Positions 48,599 through 62,424 of a stretch of DNA of 64,000 nt are shown piece after piece. The DNA is from Leucoraja ocellata. Its lineage: Eukaryota. Position 1 is the first letter of the stretch, and each line of letters opens with the position of its first letter. Made by a program: the position numbers and the translations under genes. A model generated the notes under the pieces. The model was not told where the DNA came from and did not search any database. It saw only the letters and a program-made list of their open reading frames with translations. The DNA lies in NCBI GenBank assembly GCA_036785375.1, contig JAWMAR010002203.1, forward strand, positions 62,001-126,000. Direction: 5' to 3'.

Positions 48599-51500
48599 AT
48601 ATTTTTAAAACTCGTAAAAAAAACTTGTTAATCAAGTAAAACCTTAAATATATTGTTAATCAAGTAGAAAATAAAAGGTGCCTGGCAGTAATAGAGACAT
48701 CTATCCTCCCCTCAAATTTGAGTGGGAACGGGTCTGGGATGGGTAGTGGTCTCATGCATGGAATTTACATAATGTTTAGCATATAAATGAATATATGCTT
48801 CTTCAAAACAAGACACAAAGCATTTCTTTTGCATCATGTGACTTTGACATGTGACTATATTTAGCCATTTTTTAATGTTTTAATTCTATTTTTAGAAAGT
48901 CTCCCAACCTGACACAGTAAATTATATAAAAGTTGACAACAGAGAGCATAATGTTGAACCTGTGTCAGAATTAAATGTGGAAAATGAAAACTAGGAAAAT
49001 CTCCAATAAATCTCCACATCTGGCTGTGCTTCGAGTCTGCTTACGTCTAAAAGACAGAAATAGGTTCAATTTCAGCTAATAACCAGTGTAGTTAACGTGA
49101 AGGAAAACAACTGACCAGAAAGAGGAGATGCACAGTGAATGGAAGCAGCAGTCTTTAGCATAGAAATAAGCACACTAAATTCTGAGTAATCTAGCAGATG
49201 GTAGTGTGATCCAGTTTGTTTTTCAGGTCTTATAAGATTATACATTATATTTAAACAAAACCCAGCCACCTCTGTGTAATGAGATGCAATTCCTCTCAAA
49301 TCTTGTTGTAGATAAATATTTTATTAATGTGTAAAATACAATGAATACTTTGTTATTAAATTACATTAAAATCTACTTGTATAAATATCATCTTGTATTT
49401 CCAAACTGATGTTAATGTTAAAATGGTTATCAAGCAATGGTATCTTAATCCATACATGTAATTGCATTTTAAAACACCACTACACTTGCAAATGAGAAAC
49501 TTGTTCACTTGGCCGGGATTGGAATCCTGGATACATAATGTGTCTCTCTGCAATTTGTTTTAGTTTTGAGACTTTTGTTACCATCACTGTTGTTGTGTGC
49601 CGTCTGTTTTGGAGTCACTCCAATTTCCTTAACATTTTAGAAAGTTGGCCTAAAATGTTGCTTTCATCCACACCACAAATGCACATCTCCATTGAATGAC
49701 ATGTCAGTGAGGACCGGATTAATGGAATTTCCTAGCTTGAGCTTTCAGTTCTGATAGACCTGAGAATTGATTATATCTGCTGTATTCTTCTTAGATTTCT
49801 AAAGAGAGAGCATCATTTAAAATAAAGCCTGCTAGCTGAAATTTTCATTGTTTGTTCAAATGTATTAAAAAAATGTATAGATTCCTAATTGACATAATGA
49901 ATGAATGTAAATAAGAGCCAGCATTGGTTCTTTCAAGAAATTAACGTTACAGTTTGATTTTTAGATGTATTTTAAATAAGTTCACTTCAAGTGAAAACCA
50001 ATCATTACTTTAATTCTATTCTTTAATTCAATTCGTTAATTCCATTCTATTTCAAATGTTATCTATGGAAAAATCAACTTGTTTGGACCATAAGGACTAA
50101 CTTGCAGTTCAGGTAGAGCAGTGATCAAACAGAAATCCTGACATTGTGCCAATACCGCCAATTAATCAGAATTTTGTTCTTTGCTCCAGCGTTAACGGAA
50201 GTCCTTCAGCCCATCACGTTTATGCTGGTTCCCATAAGAATCCAATTTCCCAGGGAAGATCCATGTGGTTGCATGGAGAATATACAAACACCACACAGAT
50301 GGCAGTGGGCAATAGAGTTGAATTTGGGTTTCTGGATCAGTAATAGCTGTACTACCTGCGGCACCACTGTGCCATCTCGATGCAGGCTGCAATGACGCAA
50401 GTAGACTTGTGGCAATATGAGGTTTTCAGATTTATAATATAAAACAACCTAAATATTAATGTAAGGGTTGTATGTGGGAATTTAACTACTCACTCGCCTA
50501 ATTTAATGAATGTTGGCTATTGAAATGTCTCTTAACGTTGATTGGTTCCATGATTCACAGTACACTACCAATCGACGTGAGAGTGCAATGAATGTTGGGG
50601 AAGGTGTTATGGGATTATCAAATAACCAGAATAGATTTTTACACACACTATCTGAAATACAAGCTAGTCTTGTAGCACCAGTCCGTGTTGTTGCAAAACA
50701 GCTGGTGTGGAACATTTTGTTCTCCTGTGGCTGGGAAGATTACAGAGTAAAGCCAGTTCTGAGTTCAGATCACGTGCAGATTAGTATTCTGAAAAATAAT
50801 TGAAATATGTACACAGTCCTCTATTAGCATACTGCTTAAATGTCACGTGTTACAGAAGTATTTCAGCTTCACTGTTTTTAAACTGATATGATGTGTCTTT
50901 AACTGAATAGGGTCTCTTTATTTATTGGATATTCTCAGTACTTTTACCATGGAAAGGCAATCAGTCTGTTTTTATACATGTTTTTCATTACGGTGCATGT
51001 TAAAATATCTGCCCTATTACCTTAGCTGGAGGAACTTTTTCATATGAATTGGTTGACGATGTTGACAGAGTTATGTTCATGTGTGGATACATTGAAATCA
51101 CCCCAGGCATGACTAAATTGTGCTGTGGTTTATATTGAGGATACAAAATTAGCAGTCTATCCAATTTAAACAGCAGTCTCATTCACGGAACAGACTCCAA
51201 ATGTCATGCTTGCCAGTAAGATCTCTGTTGCCTTTGCACTTTCCATTTTTTTTGTAACCACCTCTAGCTCTACAATGTTACATAATTCTGGCCTTTTATT
51301 CAACGATGTAATAATTCTACCTTTTTGTACCTTCTCGCCAACAGTCTGTGTTTTGAGAATTCCCTTCCTAAACCTCGCCACATCTTTACCTTATTAACAT
51401 TGCCTTTAAAATAAATTTGCTTTTCACTGAGTTTCTTGTAATCTCCCCAACATTTCCTTATGTGCTTTGGTAACAGCTTTAATTTGATAACTGATCTGTG

Positions 51501-52151
51501 AAGGAACTTGGGACATGTAGCTTATTTTGTTGGTGCTATTTAGACAAACGTCATTGAGATTTATCGTGAAGAAGCAACATGCTTGTCATCCCTAACACCT
51601 GAGCAAGATCAGAGATTGGATTATGGGAGTACAGATGCTAAATAGGAAGCTGACATTTGGCTACATCTGTAAGGCTCTTGTCATTCCCTCCAGGTTTAAA
51701 TTCAGTGAGCGACTGAAGTGTTTACTGTGCTGTCACAAAGGAATTTGCACATTCCTATTAACTAATCTTGCCCGACAGCTGGAAAAGGAAACTGTATGCA
51801 CAAATGCAAGAGATTTAATTATTAGTAGGAATGTATAGATCAATGTTTATTACTTGTACAACATAACAAAGGCTATGTTCTGTGGGGAGTTGGAAGAGGT
51901 CTTGGGAATGGAAAGATATTACACTCAATATATGTGTTGGAAATGATGAAATTTGCAAAGGATGAGGTGTACAGAAAGATGCCCTTACTCACTGCTAAAT
52001 ATCCCAATGAAAATTGCTGCCTAGTTTTTGCAGATAAAATGCATCTACTGGATAATAACAGAATAAATATAGCATTTAAGCTTCAACAAAGAAGAAAGCA
52101 GACAAAAGAAGTGCAATTTAGGTTTATCCTTGTTTTCTTTAATTGCTTTAG

Positions 52152-52338
52152 GTTCTTGGGTGGAGTTGCACATAAAGAACAATGGGAATGGGAATGACAG
52201 TGGCTCCGGACGAAATGGAGGGTTGGAGCATGTGCCCTCATCGTCCTCCATCCATGATGAAGACATGGAAAAAATACTTCTGGATGCTCAGCATGAATCT
52301 GGTCAGAGTAGTTCGCGGGGAAGCTCCCACTCTGACAG
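52152..52338 (+). CDS. BNIP3L: BNIP3L exon 2 ([62 protein letters not shown])
   Basis: tttAG / AG|GTAAAG, 187 bp. LIR motif WVEL, NIX-type [13 protein letters not shown], and [13 protein letters not shown]. Confidence 0.95.
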
Positions 52339-54681
52339 GTAAAGAATTGAAAATCAATATAACGTTTACAGAAACAGCACTCTTCCATGAGTCAGGAGTT
52401 TGAAATTGTCATATGTAACTAAAACGGAACAATACAATCTTGTAGCAGCATAACAGGTCTGTAAACATAGTACTCAGTGATAGTACAATAAAGAAAACAG
52501 TTCAATAAATTAAAAATAACCCCAATATTAATGCAAAACAAAAGCCAACAAAAATAATACATTTTAGGACTATGTGTTTAACTCAGAATTACGTCCTGTG
52601 TGATGCCATGCTGCTGCAGATTTTATACTTGTAAATCTTTTAATTGAGGCACTATTTGTTCATCTTGTTGTTTTCTTTGGGTTTTGGACAAAAATAACTC
52701 TTGCATGGATTTACTACATTGCCTATTGACCATTTGGAAGATAGCAGTAAATATCTTTGTGGTTCTACGTTCCACACCCTTCTAATTTTATGCCCTTCAG
52801 TTATTTATTTTGGGATGGATTCAACTATACACTTTTCGCTATTGACTCAACAAGGAATGACCTCATTTTCTTTGTGCTCAGAAACTGCTCACTACCACCA
52901 CCACAATATCACACATCTCTACCAACCAAATGCTTTGGGTGGTTCACATCTTTGATACCACCATCTTCTATGGTCGTGTATGTCTCCTGAGTTGGATGGT
53001 AATATAGAAAAAAACATTGCTTCATATATTTTGATTGTAACGAGTTGAAGGTTATAGAGTTCATGGCACAGATATGGGCATCTCAGCCTACCTCATCCAG
53101 GTTGACTGTGATGCAGAGCTGCACTATTCTTATTTGAGTTAGACCTGTGCAGGTTTCCAATGCGAGTACCTGTCCAAATGTCTTTAACACATTGTAATTG
53201 TCCCTGCATCCACTACTTCCTCGGGCAGCATATTCCACATATCTGCTACCATCTGCGGGATAAACCTACCCTCTTAAGTTTCCAGGCTCCTCTAACCTGT
53301 GAAAAAATGTTTTGATTATCCTCATGATTTTATTAAGCTCTATCATGTCACTCCCATCAGCCTCCTTCTTTCAAGTGAGAATAAATCCATTTCATTTATT
53401 TTTATAAATCATGTTCGGTATAAAATTGAGTTGTAAAGGATAATTCTAATGTTTATTAAAACCAAATACTTGTCTTAGAAGTGTACATTATGTTGCCTTT
53501 TAATGAAAAAATCCCGACCAATCCCCTGTAATATGTTGATCATACTGTTTTATTGGTTGAGATTTTTTTATCGCTACTGCACAAAAAATTGCAAACTGGT
53601 GATGATTTTATGGAGTTATTATTCACACTAGTTCAGGAACATCACTGAAATTTGCTATAACTGACCTTTTGGCTGTTATGCGGTTTTGCGTAAAAATTGT
53701 TTGAGGTTTCGTCTTACTCCTTTCACTAAAGAAACTTTCTTTAGTGTGAAATCCATCCTCCGCGGGCCTTTTTGTTATTTTTATGCAAGATTAGCTTGAT
53801 TAAACAAATCCAAGACTTTTTCACTGGTCATGTTGTGTTGGATATGTCACCAATTTGCCTCAATTATGCATGCTCAAAATGTATTTATTCCATTCATGTG
53901 ATGACACAGGTATTACCTTATGCCAAATTATATTTTGTGCAGAGCGGCATGTACATTCATGCTAATCTGAATGCAGCTGGCCTATTACCATCAATATCCC
54001 ACTCAAGTATTCAATAAACATCCAGTTCTGTTGTTGTGCATTGCCGTCTTTTTATAGTTCAAGATCACTTAGCACTTCTCTGAAATCCAAATGTCAACAT
54101 GTGCATTCATAACTCGTTATTGGTTTCTTAGACTTTACCCTATTAGTTTCAACTGTGATGAGAAAATAAACTAATGTTGTTACTCTGGAGTTTTCGAGCA
54201 GCATTATTCATTTTCTTAGTGTATCGCTTATATCATGGGATGGATTTCTTTATCTGTAATACTGATTCTACAAAAATGATCAGCAGACTGAAGATACTAT
54301 GCTTTCAGTTAGAGAAGCTACAGTTTGAAATTGTATAAAGTCTAGGAATTTTCTTTTGTAACTGGTCTAATATGCAATAGCTATGTTTGAGCTATTTAGA
54401 CACATAACCAGCCAGGGAATGGCGGTGATTTAGACCTTGTGCAGGCAGGTATGCCATTTAAATTGGCATTGTATTGGTACAGGCATAGTGGGCTGAAATG
54501 TTTCTTCCTTTGCTGCTCCTATCCTATGGGATACATATCCCTTTTGTTACGTTGGGGATATGCATCAATTTGTTACATTTGGTTTCCCATCTATGGGCAC
54601 ATTTTGGGCATTTTAAACAAACCTTTTTGCATGTCGTCTTTTATTTTCATTTGAGTTAATTGTTTCTGTTCAATTTTCCAG

Positions 54682-54763
54682 TCAATCTCGACCCCAAACA
54701 CCTCAGATGACTCAAGCAGTTTTCGAAGTAGAGCCGCAAGGTAGCAGAGACAACAGTTCTCAG
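54682..54763 (+). CDS. BNIP3L: BNIP3L exon 3 (SQSRPQTPQMTQAVFEVEPQGSRDNSSQ)
   Basis: ttccAG / CAG|GTAATT, 82 bp, phase 2 to 0. Resembles FDVEMHTSRDHSSQ of human NIX. Confidence 0.9.
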
Positions 54764-55705
54764 GTAATTTGATCTGGTCTAGGGTTAACTGCATTGCCAA
54801 CAATGATTTGTGCTAAAATGTCATAAAATATGTCATAAAATGTCCTAGGTTACTTTAAACTATCTTTAGACAAATGTTAGCACCAATCCACATAGCAACA
54901 TTGAGATAGGTGCTCAAATAGTCAGATATGTTTTGAAGAGTGGTTGAAAAGTTTTAGGAAAGAGCACACTGAATAAGAAGGACAAGGAAGCTGAAAGAAA
55001 ACTTACTGGTTGTGGAGCAAATGCATCAGGGATATGGAAGAGGTTATGCCTGTGCAAGAGGTCGGAATTGGAGAGCACAGTTGTAGAATGAGCGGAGGTT
55101 GCAGAGATATTGAGAAACAAAACCACCAAAAGATGCAGGCTTTAAAAGTGGCCTAGAGCCCAGTGAGAGCCATAAAGCATCACAGTTGTGGGTGTGCAGG
55201 ATTTGGTATGCGTTAGATTATATATGGTAATGTTTTAGATGCGGGAGACACAGTGGTCTATTCCCCAATTTATTTCCCCGTAACACATTCTCTCCTCTCA
55301 AATACTCCTGCCACTCATCTATATGGGAGAGTAAGTTCAGTAGCCTCGTCCACACATCTTTGGGATGTAGAAGGAAACTGAACCATTTGGAAGAAACTGA
55401 TCACAGTTCAGCCACAATGGCAAAACGAAGAATGATCTTGTGTACCAATTTATAGAAGAGAATGAACATTGATTCAAACTCTGCAGTTGTTTAATTCTCC
55501 TGCTGATGACACTGTCTCCTCTGAGGGTGCGGTGTCCCTCTGTAGCTGCTTATCATCTAATACCAGAGGCTGATATTTAAATGTTACTGTCAAGTCATGG
55601 AGTCAGAGCGATTGTCATAGAGGGGCAAATGGGTCCTTCAGCTCACTGAGTCTGCCCCAACACTAATCTCATTTTGAAAATTCTCCCCACATCCTCCTCA
55701 ACTGA

Positions 55706-56035
55706 GACAGCACGGTGGCGCAGTGGCACAGTTAGTACCTTATAGTGCTAGAGCCCAGGTTCGGTCCTGACTACGGGTGCTGTCTCTACGGAGTTTGTAC
55801 CAAAGATGGTTTGTACTTTCTCCCCGTGACCGTGTGTGTTTTCTCCAGGAGTTATGGTTTCCACCCACATTTCAAAGACGTACAGGTTTGTAGGTTAATT
55901 GGCTTCAGAATTTTTTTTTTTTTTTTCCCTAGTGTGTAGGATAGTGCTAGTGTACAGGGATCGCTGGTTGGCGCAGGCTCGGTGGGCCAAAGGCCAGTTT
56001 CCACGCTGTATCTCTAAGGTCTAAATTAAACTAAA
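55706..56035 (+). mobile_element. V-core SINE, followed by an older inverted copy (~56075-56235)
   Basis: Head cagcacggtggcgcagtgg, core acggagtttgtac..ttctccccgtgacc, tail ctgtatctctaa. Confidence 0.82.
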
Positions 56036-56539
56036 TTCCTCAGATTCTACCACTCACCTGCACACTCGGGACATTTTAATTAACCTACCAACCCACATGT
56101 GTTTGGTATGTGGAAGAAAACCCAAGCACCCAGGGGAAACCCATATCACCACAGGGAGACAGTGCAAGCTCCACACAAGCAGCACCCAAAGTCAGAATCA
56201 ACCCTGGGTTTGTAGTACTGAGAGGCAACACTACCACTTGTACCAGTTTTATATCTTTTTAAAGGGATTTTAATTGACCTTCAGGATTTTGGTAAAAAGT
56301 GTTGTCACCTTTTACTTTGCCCAAATAAAATAAGGCAATTTGGTTATTTAAAAAAAGCTGCTGAATGGATTGGAAGTCGCAAATAAACACAAATATAAGG
56401 TCTAAATAATTCATTGAATTCTCGCTCTTTCGCTCCATATTTCCACACTGGAAGAGACGGGTAGATGTTGTTACTAGGCATTTCTCAAGTTTAGTCAAGC
56501 CTATTTTCTTATCAGTATTTTATTAAAGTATAGAGGCAC

Positions 56540-56661
56540 AAGAAACTGCAGATGCTGGAATTTAACATAGAACACAAAATGCTGGAATAACTCGGCGGGT
56601 CAGTCATCATCTCAAGAGGTTATGGATAGGCAATGTTTTGGGTCGGGACCCTTCTTCAGAC
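56540..56661 (-). repeat. Penelope-like short repeat
   Basis: aactgcagatgctgg...gggtcgggacccttcttcagac. Confidence 0.6.
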
Positions 56662-56836
56662 ATTAAAATATAATGACTTGAATTTTTTCAGAGAAATGGT
56701 ATGCAAGTCAACCTGCATAAGACACAACAAGTTCAGAATAATCACCAATGCTTGCACATATCAGGAGATCTTGAACTTGCAAACAGTAATTTAGCATTTT
56801 ATGGACTTTCTGTTAATTTCTGGGTTTTCTGTTTAG

Positions 56837-56943
56837 TCTGAAGATGACAGTTTGGAACGAGAACAAGAGGAGGAAATTATGATGAAGAGAAGTGCTGAAT
56901 GGATCTCCGACTGGTCAAGTCGACCTGAAAACATTCCTCCAAA
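56837..56943 (+). CDS. BNIP3L: BNIP3L exon 4 (SEDDSLEREQEEEIMMKRSAEWISDWSSRPENIPP)
   Basis: gtttAG / AA|GTGAGT, 107 bp. Conserved WSSRPENIPPK. Confidence 0.95.
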
Positions 56944-58413
56944 GTGAGTTGAGAATATTAGTTGAGAAGAAAATGCCCTGTACAGTTGTATCTTGCGTTG
57001 GTGCCATGGAGGTATACATTTCACATTTATAACTAAACGTCTGCTAGTCATGTATAATATCTGTAGTGTATTGAAAAATTTGATGATCATTGGAAGATAA
57101 ACCGTTGATTGTGATTGTAATTTCACCCCTTAGTCCAGGGAGCTGCCCCTGTTCACACTGGAAGGGATTTATATTTTTGTGGCAATGCCTGCCCCAGTTC
57201 ATACATGGTCAGAATGCTTTCTGATCTGCTCTCTCATCTCCTTCCCTGCATTAGGCACCAAAATAAATTGCAGAATCTCTATTAAACTGCTGTGAAAATG
57301 AGACAATCAATCTTAGTATATGTGTATGTTAAGTATGTAATGTCCAAATGCCACTCTATATCAAAATACTAGCAGAAGTCTGAATCCCACTTCACGCTGT
57401 TTGTGTTGATGTCCGATAGATTTTAATTTTAGAAGAAAACCTGTAGGGATCCAACCATAGCTGAACCAGCTGCTGAATGTGCATCTAATCCTACAAATCC
57501 TCAGATGCTGTATTTCCTATTTTAGCAGCACCATTATTGAAATGTGCTTAACAAAACCTAAGTGCTTCCAGAATGACTTTAATCTGCCTAAATATTCTGT
57601 GCGTTGATTGCATTTTGAGAAAAGAACAGTACATTGCAAAAACTCATACAAGTTTGGATGTTATCATGCTCTACAATTAGAAACGCATTTCTCCCTAATT
57701 GACAACGTCTTACAAATCCATTTTTGTTTGTAAAACCTAAAAGCGAGGATATTATCAGTGCACAAATATGCTACTTAATTAATTCCAGCTCCCTTAATGG
57801 CATGGTGAAACACAAAGGTGCATCTGTAAATCCCAGCAATGCAATAGGGTCTACTCATTCCACAACCAAAATCTCGTAGCCAGCGATTCAATGTATGCAT
57901 CAAAGATTGTTGCTAGTATTTTGTAATGAAGTAACATTTGAATGTTACATACTTAACATACCCATACAATGGAGAAAAATGTTGACCTGTTCATCTGAAA
58001 TAAAAGTGTGACTTTCAATACATAGCGGCCTGTATTAAACATCCTGGAGAAAAAAAAGTATACTCTGTGCACTCACCACCTGCTTCAAGTAATAAAGAAA
58101 ACCAAGTTGCAGTATTACAAAGCTTTACACACCAGGAGGAAGATCAATCTAATATTTTTTCAGCCATTTTTTTGCACTAGAATTTCCTCTATCATCCCAA
58201 GGGTTGCTTTTTATTTGTTTTTCCCATTTGCTACAATTGCTGCAAAATGTACTGAAATTTCAGAGTAGCTAACTACCTGAAATAAGTCCTCGTGTTCTAT
58301 AAGAGAAATCTGGTTATCATAAAATTGGTTGTATTGGTTTGAGAGATCTGAGATCATGCGTAATGCAAATTATTCTTGGATGAAATTCTTAATATTTCCC
58401 CCCTCTCCTCCAG

Positions 58414-58563
58414 GGAATTTCATTTCAAACATCCTAAGCGTTCGGTCACACTCAGCATGAGAAAGACTGCGGCAATGAAGAAAGGAGGAGTATTTTCTGC
58501 TGAATTTCTGAAGATCCTCTTTCCCTCCCTCCTTCTGTCACATATTCTGGCTCTGGGTCTAGG
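58414..58563 (+). CDS. BNIP3L: BNIP3L exon 5 ([49 protein letters not shown])
   Basis: ctccAG / GG|GTAAGT, 150 bp. Start of the transmembrane helix. Confidence 0.96.
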
Positions 58564-60019
58564 GTAAGTGTTTAACAGTGGTATTAATTAAAAAAAAAAC
58601 CTTTATTGAAGAAAAAGAATCAGCACCTTATTGAAGAGCAAGTTGATCTGTAATACTAACTATTTCTTCTTCAAATGATCCCAGGTTGCAACACATTGAT
58701 AAACTTGGTGATTTTAGAATTTGTATCAGATAATACTTCAACTCAACTAAAGACTCTTACATTTGTAGTGAAGCCTCCTTGAAAAATAGTTGATAAATAA
58801 CACAATAAATTACTAAAATATAATTACATAAATTGCTTCTTGCTTTGATTTACTGAATAATAAAACCCTGCAGCCCGCCAGTTGCATTTTTTCAGTGTTG
58901 CTGTTATCTGCTGCTTCATACTACCATTCTGCCCCATTTAAAAACTAATTTCACTATTTTCCACAACACTTGTTTATTGGTGCTGCTGTTTGTGTGCATG
59001 TTCTTTTCAGTCTGAATTAAACTTAGAGAACATTTCTGCTTTTATAGCTGTTTTCAGTATGAAGTGCTGCTCCAATCTTTGTGTTTCCACCTTTGTGTTT
59101 CCAGAGATTTCCACCTACGAGGTGGGGGGAATTATTTTCCTCGCATTCCTTCAAATGATTATACCAATTACCTCAAATCTATGCGTCCTGATTATTTTCC
59201 TTTGCAAAAGGATAGAAAGATCATTCTATGACCCTCGCAATGTGCTTACAACCTTTGATTATATCTCTTCTCGGCCTTCGTTGCTCAAAAAAAAGCAACC
59301 ACAGTTTATCTAATAGAAAAGCTTACATTCTTAGCAACATCCTTGCAAACATTCTCTGCACATTCTCCAGTGCAATTGCATCATTCCTGTAATGAGATTT
59401 ATGCTGAGCATTCAAACTGGTCTTAACCATCTCTCTTTGGACAGTCTGCCTGGAGTTGTGATTGATTGCAGTTACAGACTTATAACTCTTCTCATCCCAT
59501 TGAAATATTACCGAGTTTCAGTGGGGCACCTTCACATCTTTGGCACATATTTTATGTCCATATCTCTGTCCATATTTACTTTAGCTGTTTGGAATTTTTA
59601 TTTCTTAAAGAATAAAACATTTGTATACCGGAGAATCTTCAGGCTTCTGACTTTGGCAAGTCCTTCTTTAAAATGACAGATGTACATATTTCAATTGTAT
59701 GAAAAGCAGAGATTCAGGTGCGAGATTAAGTGTATGGAGGAAATCTGAATTTATTGCTGAATAAGTATTGTTCAAGAGCTTGGGTACTAAATTGTTAAAT
59801 GCCAAAGTTAATGGCTGCATGAACTAAAGAAAGAACAGCTCTGTCCATGTTAAGATTGGCCTAAGTCTTAATTACAAACAACGCTTGTGTGGAGATAAAG
59901 TTATGCTTCCATTTATAATTTAACATAGCAAGTTAAATTTTAAAATGGCATTTTCTTTGTGCGAGTGAGAATTTGGTAGGGAGAAACGTAGTTTCCTAAC
60001 CTGAACCCTTCTGTTTTAG

Positions 60020-60068
60020 GATCTACATTGGGAAAAGACTGACAACCTCCTCATCCAGCACCTTCTGA
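60020..60068 (+). CDS. BNIP3L: BNIP3L exon 6 coding part (GIYIGKRLTTSSSSTF*)
   Basis: ttttAG acceptor. Completes the TM GxxxG motif. Spliced CDS 58+187+82+107+150+49 = 633 nt = 210 aa. Confidence 0.95.
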
Positions 60069-61536
60069 GCCTGATTCAGATTTAAATATGACCTGTGAAA
60101 TTGTGTGGCTGTTCCATCAGTACATTTGAATTGGAAGAAGACAAATAACCATCACAAGCACAAGACATCCCATCTCATTACATGTTTCCTTTGTTACTTC
60201 GTAGAAAATGCTTGCTTGAGCACTAACTGGACTTCCCTCTCCTGCACTCAACTTTAACTTGTGAATCAAGCCGTATACCATATGACAGCAGCCCTAATAT
60301 GCTTTACTGGTTTGCATCAGCGTGAAGTAGGTTCACCAGCAAACACCATCGAGATCTGTTCAATACATCTTATAGTGCAGCCGTTTAAAATAGATTATGA
60401 ATTAGCAAAACTTATGCAGAGCACAAGTACAGTACAGTACAAGCACAGTAGCACTGAACCTTAAACTACAGTCTCATGTTTAGGATGTACAATCTTTCTG
60501 GCAACAGCTCAATACTTGAACTAACAAACCAACATAATGTGTTACTGTTGGAATTATTCTATGTAGATTTGCCATTTGATTGTAACATTTGTCATTATAT
60601 TCTTCGAGAATATGCGTATTCTCTCACCTTGCCATAAATCACTGCTTTCTTCACGTTCTCTGCTATTACATGCTTGATGCTAACTAGGGGAGCAGCCACG
60701 CAATTTGGCTTTGACTCTACTGATCAAAGCAGCGTTTTTTGGTTTCTAATGCTTTGCTGAATTCTCGGGCTTATCGCAAATTTTATTCAAAAATAATTTT
60801 TATCCCTGACTATTGATAGCATCTCTCTAACTCAAGTACACTTTATTGAACCTTGCTGAATTTCATCCTAATCCTACTTGATGTTTCCTAGCAGGGCTCA
60901 TATGGGAAAGACATACGAGCCGATTCTCTCCCTTTAGATCTTATTGCCAGCAAACGCTGAGACCAACTGTAACATCCCAGCTAAGGTTTAGTAAGTCAGC
61001 CCAGAATAGTGATTGCACCTATAAATGAAGGAGCCAAATTCTGAACTATCATGACAGGTAGAAAGCAGAAAATTTGCAATTTTTCTGAGGTCAATTGTGT
61101 GTATCTTGGGCTATAAATTCTGATTTTCAATGGTCTGTTGCATTTTATTGCATTAACCTGCCATATCATGGTTGTTTTAGCCTCCCCCCCAGTACTTTAA
61201 AATGAAGTATATAGTTCTGGGAACTAATATGATTAAAAGTAACTGTCCTAATATAACCTTTCAAAGTTTTTCGCAATTGTTTGTTTTGACCTTATGCACT
61301 AGTTTTCAGCTTCTGTTTGGCTAATGTTTAGCGTGAAATTTTAGATGTGGGCTTGTCATGTGTGGAACATGGATTTAATTTAGCTAATTCTGTTGGGAAT
61401 AGAACGTAATTTTTTTCTTGGCTCTAAGAATTGTGTCCTATGTAAGTTAAAGCAATCTCAGCCCAGTTCCCGAAGTGTCGACACTTGTTGCACCAAATTG
61501 TCCTCAAGCCATCGCTGATTCGCAGTGCAGCTTAGA

Positions 61537-61555
61537 ATTGCCACCTGCTGGCAGG
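61537..61555 (-). promoter_or_regulatory. CTCF-like motif
   Basis: Minus strand reads CCTGCCAGCAGGTGGCAAT, close to the CCASYAGRKGGC core. Confidence 0.55.
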
Positions 61556-62418
61556 TTTGAGAAATAGAGGAACATCACTGTATCGGGGAAACGCGTTGAG
61601 GTTGTAACAGCGGTAAAGATGTTAGTTCTGCTCGGTCGGTGTTGCATTCTAACTAATTCTGGTCATTGACTGAGGTTGTCTGATGTTTCATTCTACAGCA
61701 TGATTCCCCCTACATATAATACCCTTCTCTCATCAAAGCTCTTTCAACTAACATGACTTTCTAAGCAAAGAATTTAGAGGATATTAACCAGGACGTTTGG
61801 AAATAGATTTTTGTAAAGTTTTTGAAACACAAGAAGTAAAATTTAAAATTAAAGTGAATTTCCTTAAATTCTCCTGAGATTGTACAAATACCAGTACAAC
61901 ACTGGTGTATGCCACGTTTTGGTGAATTATACCTTGAAGAGGAATCCTTGTTTTAAGAATATATTGGTTGGAAATGAACATTGCTTGCTTTGCAGGGAAA
62001 CAGTATCCTTGTCATAACGCTATCTGTCAAAGTTGTTCCATGCAGTTTTAAAATGTATCCTGTTTTCCTTCCATTCCAACTTTTGGGATTTTTTTTTAAA
62101 TCCTTTCATTTGGAGGACATGGTAATATACTAGAAAATTGCTCTTTTATTTCATGACAACATTACAAATGTTAAATTCTCTCAAAAGTTATTTGAATGCA
62201 GTTTTTAATATCAAAACAGAAGCTCAGGATCTATTTAAACAATCTTTCATTTGCAGAGATTTAAAATGATGAATGAAGTAATGTCACAAATTGATCACAA
62301 AACACAATTCACAAAGTAAAGGGTGGTGAGTTTTCTGCTTGGGGGGTTCACCAGAGCACTGGGGATGGGTCCTGTCTGAAACAGTTTGTCTTTCTCTCCT
62401 GCAGATATTTCAATGTGC

Positions 62419-62424
62419 AATAAA
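62419..62424 (+). terminator. Candidate BNIP3L polyadenylation signal
   Basis: AATAAA followed by T/GT-rich sequence, about 2.35 kb after the stop. A further AATAAA lies near 62652. Confidence 0.45.
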
